A stretch of 64,000 nt of DNA, taken from the IMG/VR virus record IMGVR_UViG_3300035670_000019, positions 32,001-96,000 of that record; one strand, given 5' to 3'. The translations under genes and the position numbers were made by a program. This stretch comes from a virus. Below, one piece after another: positions 40,945-51,409 of this stretch. Numbering within the stretch: position 1 is the stretch's first letter; each line of letters starts with the position of its first letter. Under the pieces are notes generated by a model. The model saw only the letters and a list, made by a program, of their open reading frames with translations, ran no database searches and was not told the origin of the DNA.

Positions 40945-41988
40945 ATGGATAAAAAAGATCTGTTTAAGTTATTAGATAACATTCAGCCAGGTAATGAACC
41001 TGGAAAAGCAACGTTTAACAAACATGATAGAGTTCTTATCATTGATGGTTTGAATTTATTCTTACGTAACTTTGCAGTCATCAATTATGTCAATCAAGAT
41101 GGTGTCCATATTGGAGGACTAGGAGGATTTTTACGTTCATTGAGTTTTCTTATCAACCAAAATACCCCAACATCAGTTTACATTGTATTTGATGGAGTTG
41201 GTTCAACCATAAACAGGAAGAACCTTCTCCCCGAATACAAATCAGGTAGAAACTTAACTCGAGTTAATAGGAGCTCAACATTTGAAGACATAGATGAAGA
41301 AAATGAATCTAAGATAAATCAGATATCTAGACTCATTCATTATCTAAAGTGTTTACCCGTCAAACTTATCTCACTCGACAAAGTTGAGGCAGACGACATT
41401 ATAGCTTATTTATCCCACTATTTAGCCACTAAACACAACTCTAAATGTACTATAGTATCAGCAGATAAAGATTTTTTACAATTAGTGAATGAAAACATTA
41501 CAGTTTACAGTCCAATTGCTAAAGAATATTACACACCCAAATTAGTAAAAGAAAAATTTGGCCTGCCTGCTAAAAACTTTATCTTATATAAGACATTAAT
41601 GGGTGACAACTCAGATAAAGTACCTGGATTAAAAGGATTAGGACCTAAAAAATTATTTAAATTCTTTCCAGAGTTGCAAGAAGAAGAGATGTCTTTAGAT
41701 GACTTGCATAATATTTGTGAAGGGAAGTATAAAGAGCATGTTATATACTCGAGGGTTATATATGATTACGAGACGTTACAAAAACACTATAAGTTAATGG
41801 ATCTAAGTAACCCGTTAGTAGATAATACAGAGAAAGGATATATAGAAAACATTACAACATTACCATCAGAGAAAATAAAGGTAGCTGAGTTTTTAAAGAT
41901 GTATAATGAAGATGGGTTAGGACACACATTAAAAAATGTAGATTTTTGGATTAGAAGCACATTTACAACATTAAGTAGTTTTAAATAA
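40945..41988 (+). CDS. 5'-3' exonuclease (FEN/T4 RNase H family)
   Basis: IIDGLN, VFDG, YKSGR, EADDIIA, SADKDFLQL and GDNSDKVPG. ATG at 40945 preferred over TTG at 40930. Confidence 0.93.
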   Translation: MDKKDLFKLLDNIQPGNEPGKATFNKHDRVLIIDGLNLFLRNFAVINYVNQDGVHIGGLGGFLRSLSFLINQNTPTSVYIVFDGVGSTINRKNLLPEYKSGRNLTRVNRSSTFEDIDEENESKINQISRLIHYLKCLPVKLISLDKVEADDIIAYLSHYLATKHNSKCTIVSADKDFLQLVNENITVYSPIAKEYYTPKLVKEKFGLPAKNFILYKTLMGDNSDKVPGLKGLGPKKLFKFFPELQEEEMSLDDLHNICEGKYKEHVIYSRVIYDYETLQKHYKLMDLSNPLVDNTEKGYIENITTLPSEKIKVAEFLKMYNEDGLGHTLKNVDFWIRSTFTTLSSFK

Positions 41989-41997
41989 AAATAAGTT

Positions 41998-43362
41998 ATG
42001 ACATTAAGTACATTATCACAGTATGGAACACATTTCCAGACTAAGGTTTTATCTTCTTTACTTACACACAAAGAATTTCTAGTTAATATACATGATATCA
42101 TAAGTGAAGAATATTTTGAAAGTAGTGGCCACAAATGGATTATTAGTGAAATTTTAAAGTATTATGAAAAATACCATACTGTTCCTAGTATGGAGATACT
42201 TAAGGTAGAAGTTAAAAAACTAGAAAACGAAGTACTACAAGTATCAGTTAAAGAACAACTTAAAGAAGCTTATAAAGCATCAGATGAGGATTTAGCTTAT
42301 GTAGAAGAAGAATTTTCTAACTTCTGTAAAAACCAACAGCTTAAAAAAGCACTATTAACATCTGTAGATTTATTAAAAGCAGGTGATTATGACTCAATTA
42401 GAGGATTAGTTGATAATGCTTTAAAAGCAGGTGGTGATAAAAATCTAGGACTAGAATACAGCAAAGATATTGAAACGCGATACAGAGAAGAGCATCGTGT
42501 TACTATTCCTACACCTTGGGATATGTTTAACAATTTAATGCAAGGTGGATTAGGTAATGGTGATTTTGGATTAATATTTGGTAACCCAGGTGGTGGTAAA
42601 TCATGGACATTGATTGCTTTAGGTGGTATAGCTGTTGAATTAGGTTATAATGTAGTACATTATACACTTGAATTAGGTGAAGATTATGTTGGTAGACGAT
42701 ATGATGCTTTCTTTACAGGTATACCTGTAAATGAAATTACTAAATATAAAGATAAAGTTGAATCTGTTATTACTGAGTTACCAGGCAAATTAGTTGTTAA
42801 AGAATATTCACCAGGTAAAGCATCTATCTCAACACTAGAAGCACATGTTCAAAAATGTATTGATCAAGGTTTCAAACCAGATTTGATTATTATTGACTAT
42901 GTAGATCTTCTTCGTTCAAAGAAAAACAATCGTGAGAGGAAAGATGAGATAGATGATATTTATGTAAGCACAAAGGGTTTAGCTCGTGAGTTGAAAGTTC
43001 CAATTTGGAGTGTATCACAAGTTAACCGTGCTGGAGCCAAAGATGATATCATCGAGGGTGACAAAGCCGCAGGTAGCTATGACAAAATCATGATTACGGA
43101 TGTGGCTATTTCTCTCTCACGTAAAAAAGAAGATAAAGTGAAAGGTACAGGTAGATTCCATATAATGAAAAATAGATACGGCATGGATGGTTTAACATTC
43201 GGTGCCAAGATTGACACAGCTACAGGCCGCATGGAAATCTTTGACAATTACGATGATGACCCAGATCAGTATACTCCATCAAAACCAGTCAATAGTTTTA
43301 GTGACGTCACATCTTTAGATAGAGATGTCCTTCAACAAAAATTCTTTGAATTAAGCAAATAA
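41998..43362 (+). CDS. Replicative DnaB-like helicase, gp41-like
   Basis: GNPGGGKS, YTLE, IIDYVDLL, SQVNR and KNRYG. Confidence 0.93.
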   Translation: MTLSTLSQYGTHFQTKVLSSLLTHKEFLVNIHDIISEEYFESSGHKWIISEILKYYEKYHTVPSMEILKVEVKKLENEVLQVSVKEQLKEAYKASDEDLAYVEEEFSNFCKNQQLKKALLTSVDLLKAGDYDSIRGLVDNALKAGGDKNLGLEYSKDIETRYREEHRVTIPTPWDMFNNLMQGGLGNGDFGLIFGNPGGGKSWTLIALGGIAVELGYNVVHYTLELGEDYVGRRYDAFFTGIPVNEITKYKDKVESVITELPGKLVVKEYSPGKASISTLEAHVQKCIDQGFKPDLIIIDYVDLLRSKKNNRERKDEIDDIYVSTKGLARELKVPIWSVSQVNRAGAKDDIIEGDKAAGSYDKIMITDVAISLSRKKEDKVKGTGRFHIMKNRYGMDGLTFGAKIDTATGRMEIFDNYDDDPDQYTPSKPVNSFSDVTSLDRDVLQQKFFELSK

Positions 43363-43381
43363 TTTATTATATTAGGAGTAT

Positions 43382-44332
43382 ATGATCACCGACGCAAGGA
43401 ACTACTACAAGCCGTTTGAATATCAAACTGCATTTGATTTCTACAAAGACCAACATAGAGCACATTGGTTAGCAGATGAAGTCCCACTCGCATCAGATTT
43501 GAACGATTGGAAATTAAAATTAACAGAACCCGAAAAGAATTTAATTGGAAACATATTAAAGTCATTTGCTCAAACAGAAGTACATGTTAATGATTATTGG
43601 TCAACAAAAGTATCAGTTTGGTTTCCGAAACCCGAAATACAAGCTATGGCTCGTGTATTTGCTGATTTTGAAAGCATCCACGCTGAAGCTTATGCTCGAT
43701 TAAATGAAGAATTAGGTTTAGATGATTTTAAAGCATTTTTAGAAGACGAAACATCTAAGGCTAAAATCGAACGCTTGATTGAAACACCCGGTGAAACAAC
43801 AGAAGATAGAGCAGTTTCATTAGCCATATTTTCAGCGTTTACTGAGGGTGTAAATTTATTTTCTTCGTTTGCTGTGTTAATGAGTTTCCAATTAAGAAAC
43901 TTAATGAAAGGTACAGGTCAGATTGTTGAATGGAGTGTTAGAGATGAATCACTACATTCAAAAGCAGGTTGTTGGTTATTTAGAACACTACTTGAAGAAC
44001 AACCAGAACTAAACACTGACGAATTAAGAGAAAAAATAATTGAAGCATGCCATTTATCAGTAAAACTTGAATTTGATTTTATTGATAAAGCATTTGAAAT
44101 GGGAAGCATTGATGGTTTAAATAAAGAACAATTAAAAAACTTTATTAAAGCCCGTGCTAATGAAAAAATGATTGAATTAGGTTATAAAGCAATTTATAAT
44201 GATATTGATCCTAACCTTTTAAAACAAATTGAATGGTTTGGACATTTAACATCAGGTAAAACACATCAAGATTTCTTTGCGGGTAGAGTAACAGCTTATG
44301 CTAAGTCTACAGCGGATTGGGATGATTTATAA
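43382..44332 (+). CDS. nrdB: Ribonucleotide reductase class I, beta subunit
   Basis: ESIHAEAY (radical Tyr present), EGVNLFSSF, RDESLH and HQDFF. Confidence 0.96.
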   Translation: MITDARNYYKPFEYQTAFDFYKDQHRAHWLADEVPLASDLNDWKLKLTEPEKNLIGNILKSFAQTEVHVNDYWSTKVSVWFPKPEIQAMARVFADFESIHAEAYARLNEELGLDDFKAFLEDETSKAKIERLIETPGETTEDRAVSLAIFSAFTEGVNLFSSFAVLMSFQLRNLMKGTGQIVEWSVRDESLHSKAGCWLFRTLLEEQPELNTDELREKIIEACHLSVKLEFDFIDKAFEMGSIDGLNKEQLKNFIKARANEKMIELGYKAIYNDIDPNLLKQIEWFGHLTSGKTHQDFFAGRVTAYAKSTADWDDL

Positions 44333-44341
44333 TATTAAAAA

Positions 44342-46066
44342 ATGAGTATACAAGTGGATTCAACAAATTGGATTAAAGGAAAGCACTATCCGGAATGGAT
44401 GGATGAGATTGCAGTAAGTATGATTTCAAAAGGTTATTTATTACCTGATGAAGATGTATTTGATGCATATAAAAGAGTAAGTAAGTTTGCTGCTCGTCGC
44501 TTACGCCGTAAAGATTTACAACCATTCTTTTATGAGGCGATGGTTAAAAACTGGTTATGCTTAGCATCACCTGTATTATCAAACATGGGTACTGAACGTG
44601 GAATGCCTATTTCATGTTTTGGTATTGATGTAGGTGATAGCATTGAAGGTATTGCTGATGCTAACTCAGAACTAATGAGATTATCGTCTCAAGGTGGAGG
44701 TGTTGGTATTGGTGTATCTCGCATTAGAGGACGAGGTAAAACCATTAAAGACAATGGAGTATCAGAAGGTGTTGTTCCGTGGTGTAAAATTTATGACTCT
44801 ACAATCTTAGCTACTAATCAAGGTAGTGTTCGTAGAGGAGCAGCATCTGTTAACCTAAACATTAACCACTCAGACATTGAAGAATTTTTACAAATTCGTA
44901 GACCAAAAGGTGATGTTAACAGACAATGTTTAAATCTTCATCAATGTGTTGTTATTGATGATGAGTTTATGAATAAACTTGAGAATAAAGATCCTAAATC
45001 ATTAAAGATTTGGGGTGAAATTCTTAAGACACGTCTTGAGACAGGTGAACCTTATATTATGTTTGAGGATAACATTAACAATGCTAATCCTGAAGCATAT
45101 AAAAAGAACAATTTAAAAGTATCAATGACTAATATTTGTACTGAGATTGCTCTCTATACAGATGAATTACACTCATTTATTTGTTGTTTATCATCACTTA
45201 ACTTAGCTCGCTGGGAAGAATGGAATGAGTATAAGTTTGAAAACGGAATGACATTGCCTGAATTGGCTTGTTGGTTCTTGGAAGGTGTGCTTCAAGAATT
45301 TATCGATAGAGCTAAAAATATCAAATTCATGGAAAACACAGTTCGCTCAGCTACTAAAGGTAGAGCAATTGGAGTTGGTGTTTTAGGTTGGCATACTTTC
45401 TTACAACAAAAGGGATTACCATTTGTAGGTATTCAAGCAAATTCTTATACAAGAATAATGTTTGATTTTATTGAAAAAGAAGTATTAAAAGCATCTCGTG
45501 CTCAAGCAGAATTATATGGTGAGCCAGAATGGTGTAAAGGTACAGGTTTGAGACATACTCACCACATGGCACCCGCACCTACAGTATCAAATGCTCATAT
45601 TTCAGGAGGTGTATCACCTTCAATTGAACCTATTCCTGCTAATGTTTATAATTTGAAAACAGCTAAAGGTGTATTTATTAAACGTAATAAAATTCTAGAA
45701 GAATTACTTACTAAAAAAGGATATAACATTGATAGCGTTTGGGATCAGATTTTAAAAGATCAAGGTTCAGTTTTAGGACTACCTGATTATATTTTAACTG
45801 ATGAGGAAAAAGAAGTATTCTTAACATTTAAAGAAATTAATCAGTTAGAAATTGTTAAACAAAATGGCATTAGACAAAAATACGTTGACCAAGCAATTTC
45901 ATTGAATCTCACGTTTGATCCCAATGACGCACCAAAGTGGATCAGTCAAGTACATAAAGAAGCTTGGAAACAAGGAGTTAAAACATTATATTATTTACGC
46001 ACTGAAAGTGTTTTAAGAGGAGATAATTTGCAACGTCTAGCAGATTGTATCAGCTGTGAAGGGTAA
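44342..46066 (+). CDS. nrdA: Ribonucleotide reductase class I, alpha subunit (short, no evident ATP cone)
   Basis: SPVLSN, SCF, GGGVG, TNICTE, CCLSS, APTVSN, DQAISLNL, KTLYY and C-terminal CISC. Confidence 0.96.
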   Translation: MSIQVDSTNWIKGKHYPEWMDEIAVSMISKGYLLPDEDVFDAYKRVSKFAARRLRRKDLQPFFYEAMVKNWLCLASPVLSNMGTERGMPISCFGIDVGDSIEGIADANSELMRLSSQGGGVGIGVSRIRGRGKTIKDNGVSEGVVPWCKIYDSTILATNQGSVRRGAASVNLNINHSDIEEFLQIRRPKGDVNRQCLNLHQCVVIDDEFMNKLENKDPKSLKIWGEILKTRLETGEPYIMFEDNINNANPEAYKKNNLKVSMTNICTEIALYTDELHSFICCLSSLNLARWEEWNEYKFENGMTLPELACWFLEGVLQEFIDRAKNIKFMENTVRSATKGRAIGVGVLGWHTFLQQKGLPFVGIQANSYTRIMFDFIEKEVLKASRAQAELYGEPEWCKGTGLRHTHHMAPAPTVSNAHISGGVSPSIEPIPANVYNLKTAKGVFIKRNKILEELLTKKGYNIDSVWDQILKDQGSVLGLPDYILTDEEKEVFLTFKEINQLEIVKQNGIRQKYVDQAISLNLTFDPNDAPKWISQVHKEAWKQGVKTLYYLRTESVLRGDNLQRLADCISCEG

Positions 46067-46077
46067 TATTTATTACC

Positions 46078-47097
46078 ATGAAACAGAAATTATTCCCTAT
46101 ATTAATAGCATTGTCAGCATTAGCCGTAAGTGCTAGCGCTGCTTTCTATTCTATAACAGGTTTATCTAAATTATTTGCTGGAGCAAGTACTGAAGTAATT
46201 ATTATGGCTTCTAGTTTAGAAGCAGCTAAATTAGTAATGGCTTCTTTATTATATCAATATTGGGATAAATTAGGTAAATTGCTAAGAACATACCTAACAA
46301 TAGCATTATTAGTACTGATTGGTATTACTTCAGCTGGTATCTATGGTTTTTTAAGTGCTGCTTATCAAGAAACAGCTAGTAAAGCAAGTGTTGTAGATAA
46401 AGAGACTCAAGTGTATAAAGTTAAAAAAGAACGTTTTGAACAATCTAAAACAGATTATACAACTGAAAAACAAAGACTAGATAATGATATCAGCCAATTA
46501 CGAGGTGCTTTAGCTACTGGTAGTACTACTCAGTCTGTAGATGCTAAAACAGGACAAGTAGTCACCCGAGCTAATAATGCTAATAGAAAAACATTTGAAG
46601 CACAATTAAATTCTGCTATACAGAACAAAGAAATAGTTGATAATAAAATTGTAGCAGCAAATGATAGTATAACTGCTTTAGATATGAAAATATTAGAAAT
46701 TGAATCCAAAGCTGAATTAGCAGGTGAGTTAGGCCCTCTCAAATATATAAGTAAACTTACAAGTAAACCTATGGACCAAATTATAAATTGGTTCTTACTT
46801 GTAATTATATTTGTATTTGACCCCTTAGCTATATGTTTAGTAATCGCAGCTAATATCGCTTTTAATCAACTAAAACCTAAACCCACACCAGAAGCATCAC
46901 CTAAAGAATATGAGATTTATACTTCACCCGCAGTTGTAGAAAACCAATCTAATCCAATAAAAGAATCTAAATCTGATAATCTTCAAGAACAAATAAATGA
47001 CATAATGTCTCAAAATATATCAAGTTGGAAAAAGAATAAATTAATAGAAGAATTACAAAATAAAAAAAAAGATGATACAACTATAATTTATTATTAA
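46078..47097 (+). CDS. Membrane protein: about 3 N-terminal TM helices, a long coiled coil and a C-terminal TM helix
   Basis: Hydrophobic segments at both ends; GELGPLKY and IIFVFDPLA motifs. Confidence 0.75.
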   Translation: MKQKLFPILIALSALAVSASAAFYSITGLSKLFAGASTEVIIMASSLEAAKLVMASLLYQYWDKLGKLLRTYLTIALLVLIGITSAGIYGFLSAAYQETASKASVVDKETQVYKVKKERFEQSKTDYTTEKQRLDNDISQLRGALATGSTTQSVDAKTGQVVTRANNANRKTFEAQLNSAIQNKEIVDNKIVAANDSITALDMKILEIESKAELAGELGPLKYISKLTSKPMDQIINWFLLVIIFVFDPLAICLVIAANIAFNQLKPKPTPEASPKEYEIYTSPAVVENQSNPIKESKSDNLQEQINDIMSQNISSWKKNKLIEELQNKKKDDTTIIYY

Positions 47098-47148
47098 AAG
47101 AATAATATGTATAACTAAACACTAACAATCATAAAACCCTAAAATACC

Positions 47149-47547
47149 ATGCCAACATTAACCGCACAAGCAGTTTTATCATCAACCACATTATTTCCCA
47201 ATCCTGCTTCTGTTAGCTTAACAGCCACTGAAGTAGTTAGTGGATCAGCTGAATACCAATACAGAATTGTTTCTGCTTCATCTACTACTATTCTTTATGG
47301 TCCTTCAACAGCTGCTGATACTTCAGAAACAGTATATTTTTACGCTGCTTCTCCATCAACTTCTCCTGTGACTATAACTTTAAACATTACTGGATCAAAT
47401 ACATCAGCTAGCTCAGCTGTTGTGTTACGCCCAGGTGACTGGACATGGATTCCATTACACGTTAATGGTGCAGGATACACAGTAACAGCTGTTAACGCTA
47501 CTACTACATCTTCACTTCTTAACGTATTCTATGGTGAAAGATCATAA
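47149..47547 (+). CDS. Ser/Thr/Ala-rich hypothetical protein, possibly a virion component
   Basis: Has its own late motif (47105) and terminator; beta-rich, low-charge composition. Confidence 0.7.
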   Translation: MPTLTAQAVLSSTTLFPNPASVSLTATEVVSGSAEYQYRIVSASSTTILYGPSTAADTSETVYFYAASPSTSPVTITLNITGSNTSASSAVVLRPGDWTWIPLHVNGAGYTVTAVNATTTSSLLNVFYGERS

Positions 47548-47571
47548 TTAAAAATACATATTTTTCAAATT

Positions 47572-47604
47572 AGGCTTGGATTTCCAAGCCTTTTTTGTTA
47601 TATT
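47572..47604 (+). terminator. Terminator hairpin overlapping a TTGGAT-N17-TATATT promoter
   Basis: AGGCTTGGA-TT-TCCAAGCCT-TTTTTGTTATATT. Confidence 0.85.
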
Positions 47605-47610
47605 TAGGCT

Positions 47611-48240
47611 ATGAGAAAGATAATATGGTTGTTTATAACAGTTATGTTCATTTCTTGCTCTAAAGAACAAGAAACCCCAACTGAAGTATGTACAGGAGGA
47701 TGTGAAGTATTATTTGCTATCTCCACAGGTGAATTACAATCTGATGGATACTGGCATGTACCATTTTTAGGATACAATTATTTCACTATTAGAGGCAACT
47801 TGACTCCAATGAATCCCCAATATGAAGTTAATGATGTACCATTAGTGGAAACAGCCTTTGACTCTGATTATTGGATTTTAATTGACACTATTCATTTTAT
47901 TACACCTATGTATTCTTATTTAGGTTGGTTTAGTGATAATAATTTCCAAAATCCTATACCTATAGGTAACCATGAATATGATATAACTTATTTAGCTGAT
48001 ACTTATGCTCCATATAATATAGCTGGGTATCAATTAAGCCCCAACATATGCTGGGATTGTCCCTACACTGAAACTTTGTTTGGCTCTTACAGTAAGTATA
48101 CTTATATTCCGTCTCAAAACATATTTTTTGATAATGAGATGGTAGGCGATACTGCTAACATTTTTATTAGAGTTACCTTCAACACAGACTTAGGTCCTCG
48201 TGAAGTTAAAAATGAAACATTAAAAATAATCTTTGAATAA
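47611..48240 (+). CDS. Putative lipoprotein
   Basis: Signal peptide MRKIIWLFITVMFIS-C, followed by SKEQE. Confidence 0.75.
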   Translation: MRKIIWLFITVMFISCSKEQETPTEVCTGGCEVLFAISTGELQSDGYWHVPFLGYNYFTIRGNLTPMNPQYEVNDVPLVETAFDSDYWILIDTIHFITPMYSYLGWFSDNNFQNPIPIGNHEYDITYLADTYAPYNIAGYQLSPNICWDCPYTETLFGSYSKYTYIPSQNIFFDNEMVGDTANIFIRVTFNTDLGPREVKNETLKIIFE

Positions 48241-48530
48241 TGAAAATAGGCACACTAGTAGAATGCGTTGATGATCGGTTCAATGCTGAACAATTAGAAA
48301 AAATACTTAATCGCCCTAAAAAAGGTAATCACTACATGATTAGGGAAATTATTGAATTAGGACACTTAGTTGGAGTGTTATTAGAAGAAGTTCGTAATCC
48401 TATAACAGCTAAACTAAATGGTATACCTGTTGAACCTAATTTTAATATTGAACGGTTCCGAGAAATAGAAGGACTAGATGATTTATATGAAGAACTAGTT
48501 GAAGAAGTATTTGCAGAAGAATTAATATAA
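48240..48530 (+). CDS. Hypothetical protein
   Basis: 96-aa ORF with TAATG overlap. Confidence 0.7.
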   Translation: MKIGTLVECVDDRFNAEQLEKILNRPKKGNHYMIREIIELGHLVGVLLEEVRNPITAKLNGIPVEPNFNIERFREIEGLDDLYEELVEEVFAEELI

Positions 48531-48536
48531 AACAAT

Positions 48537-49058
48537 ATGGTTACAGCTAAAGAAGTTTTACAAGAATTTAATCCTACATTTGGTATCAAAGCTCCTGCTA
48601 AACCACCAAAGATGAAAAAGTTCAATGTTTTTTATTGGCATAGGCGTTATCCAACTCATAAGTTTTTGCCTGATAAAGAACATATATGGAATAAATGTAA
48701 AAATGGAGACTTTGAATATTCACCGTATGCTAAGTATATTAACTATGAGTATTGGTGGATGGCTGAAGAAATAGCTGCTCTTCGCAACAGTGACAAATCA
48801 CACTCAGTAAAACAAGAATTAGAACGTGAAATTATAACCAGTTATAACAAACGCCTAAAAAACCTCAGACAAGATTTTCAGCGTGATGAATTTGAACGTA
48901 TGCAAAATCTAAAAAACAGTCTCCGCAAAACATTTGGTGGTACTAAAGCAGATGTTGATGAGTTTATTGAGAAACGAGCATTTGGCACCACAGATGAAGT
49001 AATCAGACAGTACTATGCTTGGATAAGTACTGCAAAAACTGATACTCTTCCTTTTTAA
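48537..49058 (+). CDS. Hypothetical protein
   Basis: 173-aa ORF in the operon. Confidence 0.7.
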   Translation: MVTAKEVLQEFNPTFGIKAPAKPPKMKKFNVFYWHRRYPTHKFLPDKEHIWNKCKNGDFEYSPYAKYINYEYWWMAEEIAALRNSDKSHSVKQELEREIITSYNKRLKNLRQDFQRDEFERMQNLKNSLRKTFGGTKADVDEFIEKRAFGTTDEVIRQYYAWISTAKTDTLPF

Positions 49059-49066
49059 AAGTGTGT

Positions 49067-49095
49067 TTGGCAAACATTAAAATAATATTTATATT
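49067..49095 (+). promoter_or_regulatory. TTGGCA-N17-TATATT promoter with an overlapping late motif ATATTTATA (49085-49093)
   Basis: Both motifs read directly upstream of the dpdA-like gene. Confidence 0.7.
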
Positions 49096-49103
49096 AAATC
49101 GTT

Positions 49104-49889
49104 ATGAAAGTATCTCACGAAGTTCCATTAGCATTATTAGAAATGTCAAAAAGTTTTAATGATTATGACTACTGTCTACCTCATTTGCTAGACAAATATG
49201 AAGAATACAAAAAGTATTTTCAATGGGCTAAAGAAAATAATCGTTATATCATTATGGATAATTCATTACATGAATTAGGTCATGCTTATGATACTGACCG
49301 TTTAATGCATTGGATTAATGAATTACAACCAGATGAGTTTATTGTTCCTGATGTTTGGGAAGATATGGAAGCATCAATTAAAAATGCTGCTGAATGGATT
49401 AGAATTGCTCTTCCTCCTAATATTCTTAAAGTAGCTGTTGTTCAAGCTAAAAGTATTAGAGAAGCAGCTGAATGTTATTTTAAATATAAAACATTAGGTT
49501 ATAAGAAAATAGCATTCTCATATGGTGCCGCTTATTATAAAGAACATTTTCCGCATCCAACATCAGCTGTAGCAACAGCAGTAGGACGAGTATCTGTTAT
49601 AAGTAAACTATACAAAGAAGGTATTATCAAAGACACAGACAATGTTCACTTGCTAGGATGTGCTATTCCACAAGAATTTGTTCACTATAGAAACATGCCT
49701 TTTATCACTACTATTGATACATCAAATCCTATTATGGCAGCAATTGAAGGTACACTTTATGAACCATATGGTTTAGATCAAAAACCTAAAACTAAAATTG
49801 ATGATGTTATAGATAGTAAAATTGATAAAGTACAGTTTGGAAAAGTTATTATGAATACTAAATATTTTAGAACAATAAATGGAATATAA
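49104..49889 (+). CDS. TGT-fold DNA-guanine transglycosylase, DpdA-like
   Basis: IMDNS, IVPDV, VAVVQ, VHLLG and IDTS resemble TGT/DpdA motifs. It heads the queC/D/E/folE cluster. Confidence 0.7.
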   Translation: MKVSHEVPLALLEMSKSFNDYDYCLPHLLDKYEEYKKYFQWAKENNRYIIMDNSLHELGHAYDTDRLMHWINELQPDEFIVPDVWEDMEASIKNAAEWIRIALPPNILKVAVVQAKSIREAAECYFKYKTLGYKKIAFSYGAAYYKEHFPHPTSAVATAVGRVSVISKLYKEGIIKDTDNVHLLGCAIPQEFVHYRNMPFITTIDTSNPIMAAIEGTLYEPYGLDQKPKTKIDDVIDSKIDKVQFGKVIMNTKYFRTINGI

Positions 49890-50064
49890 ATCACTTTATG
49901 ATCATTTAGGCAGAGCCGCAGGTGGTCAACTAGGAAAACAAGTAGCTGAGGCTGCTGTTCGAGATGGAGTAAAAATTCAAACTCGACAAGTATCTAACCC
50001 TAAGTATGAAGGAGAAGTAATGCTGTATCCTTCAGATTGGCTTGAAAATTATTTTAATAAATAA
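49879..50064 (+). CDS. Small hypothetical protein
   Basis: 61 aa, overlaps the upstream stop (SLYDHLGRAAG). Confidence 0.7.
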   Translation: MEYKSLYDHLGRAAGGQLGKQVAEAAVRDGVKIQTRQVSNPKYEGEVMLYPSDWLENYFNK

Positions 50065-50078
50065 AAACAATAAAAGTT

Positions 50079-50348
50079 ATGCCTTATTTTTCTACAGACG
50101 CCGAATTAGACATTTCAATTGATGAATTTCTTTCTGAATGTGATTCAGGAGATATTAGAGAGCTTATTAACGCACTTATTGAAGATGGTCATTTAACTCC
50201 AAAACAGGTATTTAACCATAAAGCATCTGGAGTAACAGCAATGGAACAAGATCATATCAATATGTGTAATAAACTATCTGATAAATTCTATCAAATGAGT
50301 AATGAAGATATTCAAGTATTAGAAACCTTATATAAAAAATATTGTTAA
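50079..50348 (+). CDS. Hypothetical protein
   Basis: 89 aa with an AAAGTTATG start context. Confidence 0.7.
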   Translation: MPYFSTDAELDISIDEFLSECDSGDIRELINALIEDGHLTPKQVFNHKASGVTAMEQDHINMCNKLSDKFYQMSNEDIQVLETLYKKYC

Positions 50349-50349
50349 T

Positions 50350-51234
50350 ATGAAAAAACAAGCAGTATTATCCTTAAGTGGAGGAATGGATAGCTCCACA
50401 TTGCTGCTTCATCTACTTGCCAATGGCTATGAAGTAACAGCGTTATCATTTGATTATGGGCAAAAACATAATGTTGAATTAGAACGTGCTAAAGATTTAG
50501 TTAAGTATATTAATGGTAATCCAAGTCGTTTATTCCATCATGATCATGCTCCAAATGGATTTGATGAAATTTATCCACTAGTAAAACATCAAGTAATTGA
50601 ACTTAAAGGACTATCTGAACTATTAAATTCAGCATTAGTAACTGGAGGTGAAGAAGTACCTGAAGGACACTATGCTGAAGAAAATATGAAGGCAACAGTA
50701 GTTCCTAATCGTAATAAGATTTTTAGTTCAATTATTCAAGCAGTAGCATTATCAATTGCTGAACAAAAGAATACTGAATGTGCTATTGCAATGGGTATTC
50801 ATGCAGGTGATCATGCTATTTATCCTGATTGTCGTCAAGAGTTTCGAGATATTGATTTTGAAGCATTTAAAGCAGGCAATTGGGGAAGTGAGAAAGTAAA
50901 AATTTATACTCCATATCTTGATACTGATAAGTTTGGTATTTTAGAGGATGGTGATAAATGTATAGAATGCTTGAAACTAGACTTTAATGAAGTATATAAG
51001 CGCACTAATACATCTTATAAACCAATTAATTGGACCTGGACAGATGTAAATGGTGAAATTCGCTCTAAATGGTACTCAGATTACAAATCAGCATCATCTG
51101 TAGAACGTATTGAAGCATTTATGAAACTAGGAAAACCAGACCCAGTAGAATATGCTGATGAAGAAGGTCCTACAACTTGGAGAATGGTAACAAATCATGT
51201 TAAACAAATATTAGAAAATCATGCCAACATCTAA
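50350..51234 (+). CDS. queC: 7-cyano-7-deazaguanine synthase
   Basis: SGGMDS, FDYGQKH, TVVPNRN and HAGDHAIYPDCR. Confidence 0.95.
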   Translation: MKKQAVLSLSGGMDSSTLLLHLLANGYEVTALSFDYGQKHNVELERAKDLVKYINGNPSRLFHHDHAPNGFDEIYPLVKHQVIELKGLSELLNSALVTGGEEVPEGHYAEENMKATVVPNRNKIFSSIIQAVALSIAEQKNTECAIAMGIHAGDHAIYPDCRQEFRDIDFEAFKAGNWGSEKVKIYTPYLDTDKFGILEDGDKCIECLKLDFNEVYKRTNTSYKPINWTWTDVNGEIRSKWYSDYKSASSVERIEAFMKLGKPDPVEYADEEGPTTWRMVTNHVKQILENHANI

Positions 51235-51409
51235 AAAACGAGGTGGGAAAAAAGCCCACAACAAACGAGTAGCAAAACGTAATACAAATATTGCTACAGC
51301 ACAACGTGCGTATGAAAAACTTTATACTAATGCACTTCAAGAACATTTAAATAAATTAAATCAAGAACAAAATGGAACATCCAAACCCGAAGAAACACCA
51401 GCGGATTAG
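51221..51409 (+). CDS. Small basic hypothetical protein
   Basis: 62 aa with a KKRGGKKAHNKRV N-terminus; overlaps the queC stop. Confidence 0.6.
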   Translation: MPTSKKRGGKKAHNKRVAKRNTNIATAQRAYEKLYTNALQEHLNKLNQEQNGTSKPEETPAD

